Assembly: GCA_002633005.1 (NCBI GenBank)
Contig: NMRA01000901.1
Span: 40,666 to 104,665, forward strand
Source of the DNA: Phoronis australis
Taxonomy: Eukaryota; Animalia; Phoronida
Direction of reading: 5' to 3'
DNA length: 64,000 nt
Both the position numbers and the translations under genes were made by a program. Of the stretch, positions 53,301 through 61,985 are shown one piece after another. The notes below the pieces were generated by a model. It did no database searches, was not told where the DNA came from, and saw only the letters and a program-made list of their open reading frames with translations. Position 1 is the first letter of the stretch; every line of letters begins with the position of its first letter.

Positions 53301-56300
53301 AATCGCCCAACTACAACCTAAGTTAAGACAGTCTACTCTGTCCAAACGCGTTACCAACGCACTGGGTTTGACCGTGTTCATACGCGTTCGGCAATAGCGT
53401 GCAACCACCATACGTTTCCTTTGAAGCCTGGGAGTCAATTGGCCTGCTTATTATCATACGGGACAAAAACTGAGCTCGGCAGTTAACAAAAGAGCTAGAT
53501 GTTATCGCACGTTCAGCACCCCTCACCTCTGGAAATGTTACAGAACGATAGAACGCTGTACTGGTCTAATCGACATTCTGCAACATTTCAGCTTGTGCCA
53601 CAGACAAAGACAAGACCGACTTTATCGGAGAACTCAATATTCTTAGCCAAGTGGGAAGTCACACAAACGTCATATCATTGATAGGAGCTTGCGAATATGA
53701 AGGTAACCCCAGGAACTGGTACAATATCACTGGTTTGAGTATCGACATATTAGATGAAATAACAATTACCAAATAGTACAAACTTGTATTTCTTATGGTA
53801 AACCCCATGCAGTGTAACGATATTGTTCTTCAGTGGTATTCGAAAAGGAAAGACAGAAATGAAAAATTAACTGACATGCGTACTACAGAAACTTTAATTA
53901 TAATACACAATAAAACGGATTCAAACACAACTGAAGCAACCGAGGGAAATACTATAAACTAAAAGCAAAACAGGTGTCTGGATTTAAAGATCCCTGCATG
54001 TTTACTCTTCTGGACACCAGAATAAAAAAACTCCATCAAAACACCAGCGTAGAAAGTTGGATACATGTATGTGCCGAAAGTTATACCAGTTATGTAACTA
54101 GAATCACTGTGTAATACGTGAACACGACATACTAATTACACTTAAACACCAATGAGCTCACTATACTTTTTATTATTACATGGCGAGTGGATTTTGGAGA
54201 ATTATCGCCCGACGGGCGTTAGCCCCGAGTATGATAATTCAGCAAAATCCACGAGGGCTCTAGATAAGGGGGATAACGACTGAGAACGAGAAACATTGCA
54301 ATGATTCGATCTACCTTTCTCGACTCGCCTCGGCTTTGTAACTACTTTCACTGTCACAGAGGCCTTGGGTCGGAGGTCGTGACTTTTTAAGAAAAGCCGA
54401 ACTATTTTTGACAAATAATGCTTTTACTCAAAACCAGTTGAAATTTTAAACAAAATAGAAATAAAGTGCATCTATAAATTAAGATTTAGCAACTATTATA
54501 GCTTACTACACATTTTATCACGCTAAGCTTCGACCGAGAAAATATCGTCTGCTAAACTAGGTTACCACTAGTAACTGAGTATAATGCTCAAGTAAAAGGA
54601 TCCCGACGATACGATACTCGCATTCAAATTGGAGATCGTTGATTTACAAGAGAGAACACGGGATAAGAAACTCACTCAATTAAAATATCGTTTTTATGGA
54701 AATTATGCGTTTTATTTTTTTATAGCGTATAAATGTCGGTACAATGCCCGTTGCTGAACATGCGATTGTTGTGCGTGCTCATTTAAGTATTTTATTTTCA
54801 CGTTCGATGGCATCAGCTGCTCAGTGGTGTAGTGGTAAAGTAGGCGATTCAAAACTCTTGAGGCACGTGTTCGAAACCGGTCTCGGTTTCCCGCCAAAAT
54901 GTTATCTCACTAGTGAGATAAGTAAATGGGATTTACATAGTTGTATTTGCCACTCGACGCTAATATTGTGGTATAAAATGGACATATTTGCCCTGTTCAT
55001 CATGAAACATGCGATAATTTCTAGGCACCCAGTTTGAGACAGCACAAAATGTACATGTGTACATGTACATGAATAGACAATAGCAAGCTGTGCTGTACGT
55101 ACAGGTTTCCTAATGCATACAATTCCGTGCAACTTGCGAAACAGTGCTTTAAGTCTCTGCAATGTGTCCCTGATACTAAACTTTTAATGACTGAACTATT
55201 TAACATTGGTTGACCAAAAGAGTAAACAAAGCGACGGGATATAATTCACTGTGCCACTGCATAGACACTGATATAAATAGACGAAGGTCACAAACTAAAA
55301 TATAGATTATGAATGATGCCAAGTAACGTGTAAAAATAACTAAAATAGGACAAAAAATATATAAATGGCACAAAACATACAATTCTAAATATTTAATATC
55401 CAAAAACCTCCTGGAGCTTCAAGAATTCCGATTTTCCGAGATTCTTTAAAGAAAATATAGTTTCCATCACTGTTTTAGGAAATATATGTCTGTGTGAAAC
55501 AACGCCTTAGAAGTGCCACCGGAAAATTCCAATGTGGGTTCCAGACTCAAAAAATTAGGCGGGGGTTATATTTTGACATCTGATGAGATGACATCACGTG
55601 CAGTTATTGTAATGTTATTATCTCATTAACGGAACACAAGGGAGCCGAAGGGTGTGCGTATAGCCTTGATGTATTTGCCCATTCAATGATCAACGTTGTG
55701 TTTTTGTGTCTGGTCGATATGTGTGTTTGGCTTGTAATAATTAAAGTTATATGTCATTAAATGTTATCGTCAAGAACCTAAGCGTATGCGGTTAATGTAA
55801 ATATAATTATCTATCTAATGGTTCACATTGCCTGCTTTCCATCCGTCAACCAGTGTATTGTAAACATTTGGACTCTTTTTCGTTAAAACCCATAGTCGAG
55901 AACCCACTATACTATTCATAATGATTTCTGTATGCTTTCACCTCGCCGTTCAGCCATTAGACCGCTCACTTTGCCCCAAGGTATATAGCTAACTATTGTT
56001 AGTTCATTTTCGCGGCACATGTTGGTCACATCACGTGATCTATTGCTAAGCCTGAAGTAAGACATGTATTTGTCTTAGAAATTATTGTGCGAAGCTTAGG
56101 ACGAAATGTTCCACCGCATCTACTTTAAAGCCATGTTCCGAAATGCGGACCCAGTACAACGTAGACTGTGGTCTACAAATTCTGAACAACAAATGTTTGA
56201 TATTTTGTTTCGTTGCAGATATTTTATTTGTGGCTACTGAATTTGCTACGAAAGGGAACCTGCGAACTTTCCTTAGAAAAAGTCGCATGGACTGTGATTA

Positions 56301-58050
56301 CGCCAATGTTGGCTCTATGACAAGTCTTAGTGAGAAGCAGTTGCTGCAGATGGCGCTGGACGTCTCCCGGGGAATGAAGCATCTTGCTGCTTTTAAGGTA
56401 GGGACTGAGTAATGTAGGTTGATTGTAGACCAAACTTAAAAAAATTAGATATGTAGAAGACAAGCATTGTTGAAAGCATAAGGAACTTAAATTTTTCATT
56501 ACACTGCGATACTTAAAGGTTTTGTCGTATTTTCAACGAAATTTGTGTTTACGAATGACTGGTGCCACAGTATTCCGATTTGTTGGAGAATGTATATCAA
56601 AAATACTTTGGTATGAAAGTGGAGATTTGGGATTTGAGGCACTTGGACGTGACGTCAAGAATCAACCCAGGTATACTTGACGGACGTAAACTCATAAGAA
56701 CGGTAACATTTTTGGTTTAAAATTTCAAGCTATGTGACCAAAGAATGATTATGTTTTACTAATGTAAATAAAGTACCAAAATGTATTTTAAAATGTAAAA
56801 GAAGATCATGGCACAAGATGTACTTCGTTGTTCAGCATAGTGTCTTAAATGTTTTCAAGTCTACTTTTAGATTTTGTAGTTTCTATTCATTACTAACTCG
56901 AACCGATTTTATGAGGTATTGCTGTTGCAGATAATTCACCGCGACCTTGCTGCAAGAAACATCTTAGTAAGCGAAGACATGACAGCCAAGATATCTGATT
57001 TCGGACTCAGCAGAAATGAAGACATCTACGTGAAGCACACCCAGACAAGAGTTCCAATACGCTGGATGTCCCCCGAGTCACTTTTTGACCAATCATATAC
57101 CACTAAAAGTGACGTGTATGTCATTTTAATTTTGTTGTTTCTGTAGTAATTAATTCATTTCCTACCAAACATATTTGAAGCTATTTTCAGAATCCTTTCG
57201 TGTTTTAAAAGACTTTCACTTTCACTTAAAGTTGTTGTTTTATTAATCAGACAAATTCTGTTTGTTTCCATCTTATCTATAACATTATAATATCAGTACG
57301 TTTCAGGTGGTCCTTTGGAATTTTGTTGTGGGAAATCGTGACATTAGGTGAGTTTTTTGAACAAAAATATTTTTTACTTGCAAAGACTTGCATGTCATGG
57401 TTTCTAACCTACACTTTGGTTATCATAAACATAAGCAAAAGTATACCGGGTGTTAAGCTGCCTATAATTTGTTTTTACTATTTTTGCTTGTTCTGCCTTA
57501 GTTCTATCACCGGTAAAATTAGTATACTTTGCACCACATAACAGGAATTTCCAAAGATAAGCCTATGGGCGTGTAATCGGAATATAAAAATTTCCAGGCT
57601 TGTTAGCAACACCAAAAAACGATAAGGGGTTTATTCATAAAAGGAGACGTGTAAACGGAAAGCTTCAGTTTTGATTGTCTTGACACTCTTTTACTTAAAA
57701 CTGCGTTTTTAAATTTGTGGAAGTAAATCCACACCTTCCCTACGCCATTTTCTTTTTCATCAATGATCCATGGTCCAAAAAAATGATTTATAAAAAATGA
57801 CAATGAGTGTGATTTTAAGAGAACAATTCCAAATAAACGTCCCCCTGTCTGAATTCTTGACATCACAAAATGTAACACCTAATATACGCCCATGGGCGTT
57901 CCATCGGATGGGCTTATATTCAGAAAAACCCCGGTAGCTGATACACTGGTCACAATGCTGTTTTCACTGGGCTTGGATAGGCTGTGACTTGGTACTTCAA
58001 GACAAGTTTTTACCCTAGTCCTCTGCAATTACATATTATCACGTGTAAAT

Positions 58051-58096
<46 letters not shown>

Positions 58097-58765
58097 ACCC
58101 TTTATCACGGCTATTTCTTTCAAGGACCCCTCATTTAGTGATGTACAATTGGCTCAGTCGATTTCTCCCTTTGCGCGTGTGTTTCAGGAGGAACGCCCTA
58201 CAGCGGGATATCCAGTAGTAACCTCCTGGTTATGCTCAAGACCAACTATAGGATGTCTCAGCCCTGTAACTGCAGTGATGACGTGTAAGTACGCGTCATG
58301 CGCTTCCTGTGGCGCAGGAACTAAAGGCTTGACGGGGAGAGTGTTTGTGCAGTAATAGGTACAAATAGAAACCACGTTTTCAATCCCCTCGTCTTACTTT
58401 GTTATCAGACCGCAAGGCGGTATTTACTAGTTTCTGTCGTTTCACGCTTTTTCTTCGACACCACATTCCACCACATTCGGGGAATGGGTTTCATTATTGT
58501 CTGAGTTAAAATTCAAAATTTTGACTCAAAACCCGACAAAACAAAAAAACCATTTGACGGTTCTTACGTGAATTTATATTTTGCTCTCCTCAGATACGAG
58601 TTGATGACATCATGCTGGAGCGAAGCTCCTCGCCAGCGACCAACGTTTAATGTTCTTGTTGCCATGCTAGAAGACATGTTACTTCAGAGGAAGACATTTA
58701 TTTCTGTGAAGTGTGGAAACGATTTCTTGTACGAAACCATCGACACCTGGAAGGACGACCAATAG
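6674..58765 (+). CDS. Tie: Multi-exon Tie/TEK-like receptor tyrosine kinase (kringle, half F-type lectin, Ig, EGF x3, FN3 x6-7, RPTP-like juxtamembrane, TM, tyrosine kinase); span of the identified coding exons
   Basis: About 28 AG/GT-bounded exons join in frame. Tie signatures: TRLVVR before the EGFs, [46 protein letters not shown]-tail FLYETID. Confidence 0.88.
13031..14202. mobile_element. Non-autonomous PIF/Harbinger-like DNA transposon, 1172 bp
   Basis: TIR CAGCCGATTTCATAAAGGTGGTTTAA at 13031 with its reverse complement ending 14202. 3-bp TSD TTG (13028-30 and 14203-05). Subterminal arrays of aaacctgg/accaggttt motifs. Confidence 0.8.
13415..13572. mobile_element. 158-bp MITE nested in the Harbinger-like element
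   Basis: TIRs CAGGGGCGGATCCAGG / CCTGGATCCGCCTATG (14/16 match); 5-bp TSD CGTAG on both sides. Confidence 0.8.
15940..16185 (+). CDS. RTK exon: C-terminal half of an F-type lectin (fucolectin/F5-8 type C-like) domain
   Basis: [10 protein letters not shown]...LC...[14 protein letters not shown]...[10 protein letters not shown]; donor gtattt at 16186, phase 1. The 5' acceptor is uncertain (aag at 15937-39 gives phase 1). Confidence 0.8.
16732..16977 (+). CDS. RTK exon: Tie-type Ig-like domain
   Basis: tag|...|gtaggt; VGDGVTLTF...VRWQKD...HGGVYTI...ITRLVVR, phase 1-1. Confidence 0.85.
18907..19038 (+). CDS. RTK exon: EGF-like repeat 1
   Basis: cag|[43 protein letters not shown]|gtgag; absent from the ORF track. 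Confidence 0.93.
   Translation, partial: YAQGINTALIALRIVHNVRMEAFVTTSLGSASVHLGLWGTVVL
20037..20186 (+). CDS. RTK exon: EGF-like repeat 2
   Basis: aag|[50 protein letters not shown]|gtaag; Tie-specific DPYGCSC. Confidence 0.93.
20326..20358 (+). repeat. (AAAAAT)n microsatellite
   Basis: About 5 tandem aataaa units visible. Confidence 0.8.
23150..25150 (-). mobile_element. Second decayed Academ-like (XPG/H3TH plus Cys-rich C-terminus) DNA transposon relic
   Basis: Broken minus-strand frames: [33 protein letters not shown] (~24320), YYQVQRW (~24070), APEILLK...CKTDC (~23960-23915). Boundaries approximate. Confidence 0.5.
25589..26925 (+). mobile_element. 5'-truncated, frameshifted LINE (RT C-terminal half plus Cys/His tail; RTE-X/CR1-like, clade uncertain)
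   Basis: [45 protein letters not shown]...CCFC...EDEY across three overlapping ORFs; gaaatt-type tandem tail at ~26897-26925. Confidence 0.88.
27857..27997 (+). CDS. RTK exon: EGF-like repeat 3
   Basis: cag|[47 protein letters not shown]|gtttgt, phase 1-1. Confidence 0.9.
30168..30476 (+). CDS. RTK exon: FN3 domain 1, copy A
   Basis: tag|EIARLKDPP...SVRWTAW...[11 protein letters not shown]...YLVRIR...EACG|gtacag, 309 nt, phase 1-1. Confidence 0.75.
30714..30778 (+). CDS. RTK exon: N-part of FN3 domain 2, copy A
   Basis: cag|[22 protein letters not shown]|gtaagg, phase 1-0. Confidence 0.65.
31014..31350 (+). mobile_element. Left end of an AT-targeting THAP-bearing DNA transposon, cut by the assembly gap
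   Basis: Near-identical to 42886-43223; inserted after caAT, where copy B (32561-63) shows the empty site. Confidence 0.85.
31699..32007 (+). CDS. RTK exon: FN3 domain 1, copy B
   Basis: Same structure as copy A, 309 nt, 6 amino-acid differences. Confidence 0.8.
32244..32308 (+). CDS. RTK exon: N-part of FN3 domain 2, copy B
   Basis: cag|[22 protein letters not shown]|gtaagg, phase 1-0. Confidence 0.75.
33025..33235 (+). CDS. RTK exon: C-part of FN3 domain 2
   Basis: cag|[17 protein letters not shown]...[10 protein letters not shown]...QNK|gttatt, phase 0-1, completing the previous exon. Confidence 0.8.
35098..35403 (+). CDS. RTK exon: FN3 domain 3
   Basis: tag|APSQVQDL...SLTVIWKKP...IEGYRLTY...[14 protein letters not shown]...TLED|gtgagt. 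Confidence 0.92.
35800..36200 (-). mobile_element. BEL/Pao LTR retrotransposon gag (DUF1759-like) relic
   Basis: Minus strand SRIPAP...[17 protein letters not shown]...KKFN*LRPYLRG...AIEGYF, with stops; no LTRs recognised. Confidence 0.5.
37158..37460 (+). pseudogene. Divergent or degenerating FN3-like exon of the RTK
   Basis: [20 protein letters not shown] and IYVVAIT resemble FN3 strands; 303-nt open phase 1-1 unit (cag|...|gtgtag) with weak splice sites. Confidence 0.45.
37817..38119 (+). CDS. RTK exon: FN3 domain 4
   Basis: tag|APSGAPQ...[14 protein letters not shown]...[13 protein letters not shown]...AGPW...TNQS|gtaagt. Confidence 0.92.
39959..40176 (+). CDS. RTK exon: FN3 domain 5, N-part
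   Basis: tag|VPTDPK...[22 protein letters not shown]...[11 protein letters not shown]|gtaagc, phase 1-0. Confidence 0.9.
41170..41233 (+). CDS. RTK exon: FN3 domain 5, C-part
   Basis: cag|[21 protein letters not shown]|gtgaga, phase 0-1. Confidence 0.85.
41383..41489 (+). CDS. RTK exon: FN3 domain 6, N-part
   Basis: cag|[36 protein letters not shown]|gtatgt, phase 1-0. Confidence 0.85.
41682..41853 (+). CDS. RTK exon: FN3 domain 6, C-part
   Basis: cag|LTWTDG...[20 protein letters not shown]...WTALP|gtaaga, phase 0-1. Confidence 0.88.
42886..44847 (+). mobile_element. Complete non-autonomous ISL2EU/Harbinger-related DNA transposon with decayed THAP domain, 1962 bp
   Basis: Perfect TIR AGCGGAGTTGCAAC / GTTGCAACTCCGCT flanked by AT on both sides. 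Internal broken THAP: YTCCVPG...[11 protein letters not shown]...WVRDIGR...[15 protein letters not shown]...PTI. Confidence 0.8.
45594..47074 (-). mobile_element. Related, more diverged THAP-bearing DNA transposon relic (~1.5 kb)
   Basis: 15-bp perfect TIR AGCGGATTTGCAGCG; left flank AT, right flank AG. Minus-strand THAP pieces [10 protein letters not shown]...FYVFP...KWINNIRR (46970-46820) and [17 protein letters not shown] (46036-45950). Confidence 0.7.
47515..47623 (+). CDS. RTK exon: start of the RPTP-like juxtamembrane module
   Basis: tag|[36 protein letters not shown]|gtgagt; phase 1-2 bridges the exons at 41853 and 49106. Confidence 0.8.
49106..49376 (+). CDS. RTK exon: receptor-PTP-like membrane-proximal module with KRRR site
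   Basis: tag|YGLVVVE...SKRRRD...YITANL...[25 protein letters not shown]...|gtaagt, phase 2-0. Confidence 0.88.
49758..49821 (+). CDS. RTK exon: stalk
   Basis: cag|[21 protein letters not shown]|gtagtt; phase 0-1 is required to link 49376 with the TM exon. Confidence 0.72.
49924..50290 (+). repeat. Diverged intronic tandem duplication, ~195-bp unit
   Basis: atttcagacttgg...tgtcaaaat...cacttttgaatt...ggcaaaac...agaatcct.ga.tctgtaactttag...gttgtcacttg at 49924 and 50118. Confidence 0.8.
50409..50523 (+). CDS. RTK exon: transmembrane helix
   Basis: cag|[38 protein letters not shown]|gtgagt; about 24 hydrophobic residues; absent from the ORF track. Confidence 0.9.
51010..51077 (+). CDS. RTK exon: stop-transfer / cytoplasmic juxtamembrane 1
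   Basis: cag|(R)[22 protein letters not shown]|gtaaag, phase 2-1; basic cluster right after the TM. Confidence 0.8.
52007..52077 (+). CDS. RTK exon: cytoplasmic juxtamembrane 2
   Basis: cag|[24 protein letters not shown]|gtaaga; supplies the phase 1-0 link needed between 51077 and 52499. Confidence 0.6.
52499..52712 (+). CDS. RTK exon: kinase subdomains I-II
   Basis: cag|[12 protein letters not shown]...VYEKI...[10 protein letters not shown]...VALKRLN|gtaaat. Confidence 0.93.
53592..53702 (+). CDS. RTK exon: kinase subdomains III-IV
   Basis: cag|[37 protein letters not shown]|gtaacc. Confidence 0.93.
54819..54890 (+). other. Degenerate tRNA-derived sequence (SINE head or tRNA pseudogene)
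   Basis: A-box-like TGGTGTAGTGG (54825) and B-box-like GTTCGAAAC (54869) at tRNA spacing; acceptor and anticodon stems pair poorly. Confidence 0.45.
56219..56397 (+). CDS. RTK exon: kinase subdomains V-VIa
   Basis: cag|[23 protein letters not shown]...[19 protein letters not shown]|gtaggg. Confidence 0.94.
56931..57115 (+). CDS. RTK exon: catalytic and activation loops
   Basis: cag|[13 protein letters not shown]...[16 protein letters not shown]...[10 protein letters not shown]...YTTKSDV|gtatgt. Confidence 0.96.
57307..57347 (+). CDS. RTK exon: kinase subdomain IX
   Basis: cag|[13 protein letters not shown]|gtgagt, 41 nt. Confidence 0.94.
58054..58094. repeat. (TA)n microsatellite, about 20 units
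   Basis: Directly visible. Confidence 0.95.
58188..58284 (+). CDS. RTK exon: kinase subdomain X
   Basis: cag|[33 protein letters not shown]|gtaagt. Confidence 0.93.
58594..58765 (+). CDS. RTK last coding exon: subdomain XI and C-terminal tail
   Basis: cag|[18 protein letters not shown]...[25 protein letters not shown] then TAG at 58763-65. Confidence 0.94.
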
Positions 58766-59166
58766 CTTAAACACAGGGAGCAAGATCTTTGAAAGATGAT
58801 TTGTACATGAGAAATAGCGAAAAGTACGCTGTTCTATACACTTTTTGATGCTGTAATATTTTGCATTGCCTAATTTTAAGCATACAATGCCATCTCTTGG
58901 CAGTGGCAATACATTCACACCTTTACCGTTTGTTTTTGTTTCTAAAAGCTCTGTTCTTCCAGAAGTTTTGTTAGTGCATATTATGTAAACATTCGCCGTT
59001 ACGACTACAGAATGTACAGTCATGCGTTTATTCTAGGCTATGCAATTATATCCCAAGTTTAGAGAGGCAGTAATTTTAAAAGATATATCAATACATTCTA
59101 GAACGGATCTTAATTTGGGAATCTGATAGTGCGTCATACCATCCGTGTGTCACAATTCCATGATCA

Positions 59167-59300
59167 GCGCAGCACTGAAATAAGTGGGGGGCTATATCCC
59201 ACAGCCCGTATGGTGCGTCCCTCCCATGCCGATGGGGTGCGCAGCACTGAGATTGGTGGGGTGCTATGGATTCCCTTGCCCCCTATGGTGCGCCACCTTT
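59167..59300 (+). repeat. Short diverged tandem repeat, ~70-bp unit
   Basis: gcgcagcactga.at..gtgggg..ctat...tatggtgcg..c occurs twice. Confidence 0.6.
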
Positions 59301-61799
59301 GGATTCACCCATTGTACAGGGAAGATCACCCTGAAAACTGGCTGTACTCAGTTACTGTAGGTGTTTGACAACGCCAGCCTTGTTGAGGTGTTGGTCTCCA
59401 CCCCATGCGCGCACCCAGCCTAAATATGGAGGCTCCAAGTTTTGAGATTGTGGACCTTTTACTAAGTTTCACGGGTAGATTCAGAGCTTTGAATTGTGCA
59501 TTTGAAGAATTTCGGTAGTCACAGCCTTTTTTGTGGATATTTGACTCGTGTATTACTTTTTTCGGGGTTTTTGTTTCGGCTTCGTGCCGCTTCGCCCCCC
59601 CCCCCTCCATCCTGGGTGTGCGCTTGTATGTGTACCCGAATGCTGTCGTAAAGGCAATCGAAATTACTTTCAAAAAACTTGCAACGCTGTTCATGGTTTT
59701 AAAATTGAATGTATGTCAAGGTGTTACTTCGTCATTTTGCTTTTAAATTGCTTACATCTCTATTAGTATTCATGCAAATGTTATGACTTAGCTGAATCTA
59801 TACTTGCCTGAACATTTTGGTGCTTTACTGAAGTGAAAATATTTGGCAGGTTGTCAACTTAATACTTCAACAACTACACATTAGGGATTAATATATATTT
59901 TACATAAGTAGAATGCATCATAACTTTCGTTCAATTTCCATTTGAGTTTCTGTGAGTTAAGCTATCCTAAGGAAAATGTAATTAATGTAATTTGCCAACG
60001 AAGAACGATTTTAATGTTTGAACTGAGTGGTCTTATAATGCTTAGAGGTTATCATTGCATGTGTTTGATTGAACTTAGCTCAAGCATCACCGGTTTTCAC
60101 GTGATAATCACATGCAAATTGTTTGCTTCAGCAATTTCTCAGATTTGGATTCGAAATCTTGAATACATTTATTGGATTTCTAACTCGATTCTAAAGGATA
60201 TCATATACATGTACAAAAAACATAGTGTACTCGACTCGAGCACAGACTAACAGACGTGTATCTTGTATTCACTCAAAAGTAAAGCAAAAAATGTCAGACT
60301 ACTTCTGTGTTCGATTTCGAGTACAAAGATTAAATCCCAGCCCATTGGTAGAGTCAATTTATCAATTTACACAAACCTTATCTCGATAGCCCCTTATTGT
60401 AGAGAAAACGACGTTCAGAGTAAAAAAACGGGTCACGATCAATTCAAATAAACTCATCTACAATTTTGGGCGGGAAACCATCTGGACATGAAATACATTG
60501 CCCGTTTCAAATTTAAGGACAATGGAAATGCCAGAGCTGTTGCGTATTTGTTACCGAGTAGAGATCACGGCCATCTCTGCTAATCGTTCGCTTGGAAATA
60601 CACTGCATATCCAAAAACTGTGATTATCAAGACGTTTTCTATCGTTTTAGCATAGATTCTAATATGTAGGTATACTCGTATATGTACAAATAAAATCAAT
60701 TAATCGCAATGTCCTTCGAGTTTTAACACATTTATAGCGTGGTCACTGCGTTCTTCGTAGTCTAAAGATTTTTAAAAAAATGTGTGCTTTTGCTGAGTAA
60801 ATTTCTCCACCTTTCCACTCTTATTTGTCTAAATGTACACAAAAGTCGATTAGCTCTTACATAACCTACATATAACCAAACTTGGCATATACATGTATTT
60901 AGATAAACAACTCTCCTCAGCTACTTTGGAAAGGTGCGTTTTGCTTCCACAGATTACATGTAAATGATTTGCCCATTAGACGTACATGTACAGTAGGTAA
61001 CGGTCATCTCGCCATTCTCACTGATCAGACATTTGGATTAACGAGCCACCATCGTCTTAAACATATTTTCATCAATAGACTGTCCAACCGACTACTGGAA
61101 ATCAGTTGGTTCCCACCATGCATTTTATTAGTTTTTGAAGTTTCACTTATATAATATGAAACGAATACCATGAAGTCTAGTTAAATAAGCACATTTTATG
61201 CTAAATTGTTGCGATTCTTTTAAGTTTGAAGAGCAATTAGTTATTTATACAGTGTAAGTTTCCCGCCAAATGATGCAGGAAGATGGTTGGCCACTTGACA
61301 ATCAAATCGAACGTGGCAACACATTAGGTCAGGAGACGAGGACGATTTTGAGCGAGAACTGGATGATTTGATGCAGACAGAGAGGATAGTGGATACGGGC
61401 ATCACACTCAAGTACTTGAAGAATCACAGAGTGAATTCGATTTCCCAGTTAGCGAACTTTCGTCGGCTTTGAGGCTTTGAACTCGACCGACTTGCACGAG
61501 AAATGCTGCAGACATATGTGAGCACAACCAACCGCACAAGGGGGTTGTCAGTATTCACAAAATAGAAACTCAATCACTGACACAGGCCACAGTAAATCTG
61601 AGTTACTCGTATTCACTTTTGTCAGGAGGGATGAGCACAGTCTCAACCAATTGTACATGTAGGCTTATAAGTGTTCTTGTAGTAGCACTCACTCTGGGTT
61701 GGGTTCAAGGGGCTGGCATCACTTACAAGATTGCGAATCCTTCATCTTAATTCCGTGTTTGTGTGTGGTCGAAACACGATTATTTGAAATATACCGAAG

Positions 61800-61985
61800 A
61801 AAGTGTGCAGTGGATTCCGACTGAATTGCATGTTCCACACTGACCGTATCCACACTCTCATGCGGCGCGCGAACCGATGCCGGCATCGCTGTGCAACGTT
61901 GACGTATTTAGGAAATTCGAACAAAGAGCCGTTCTCAGTCAAGTTGTTGTTACAACAGCCTCCACAAACGCACCTTTTCATGTCT
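61800..61985 (-). mobile_element. THAP-domain relic of a DNA transposon
   Basis: MKRCVCGGCCNN...SLFEFPK...R matches the THAP N-terminal C-x4-C and FP motifs; the downstream frame is degenerate and no TIR pair was found. Confidence 0.45.

Noticed and set aside
54819-54890. Functional selenocysteine or opal-suppressor tRNA
   Set aside because: Acceptor and anticodon stems do not pair and there is no long variable arm.
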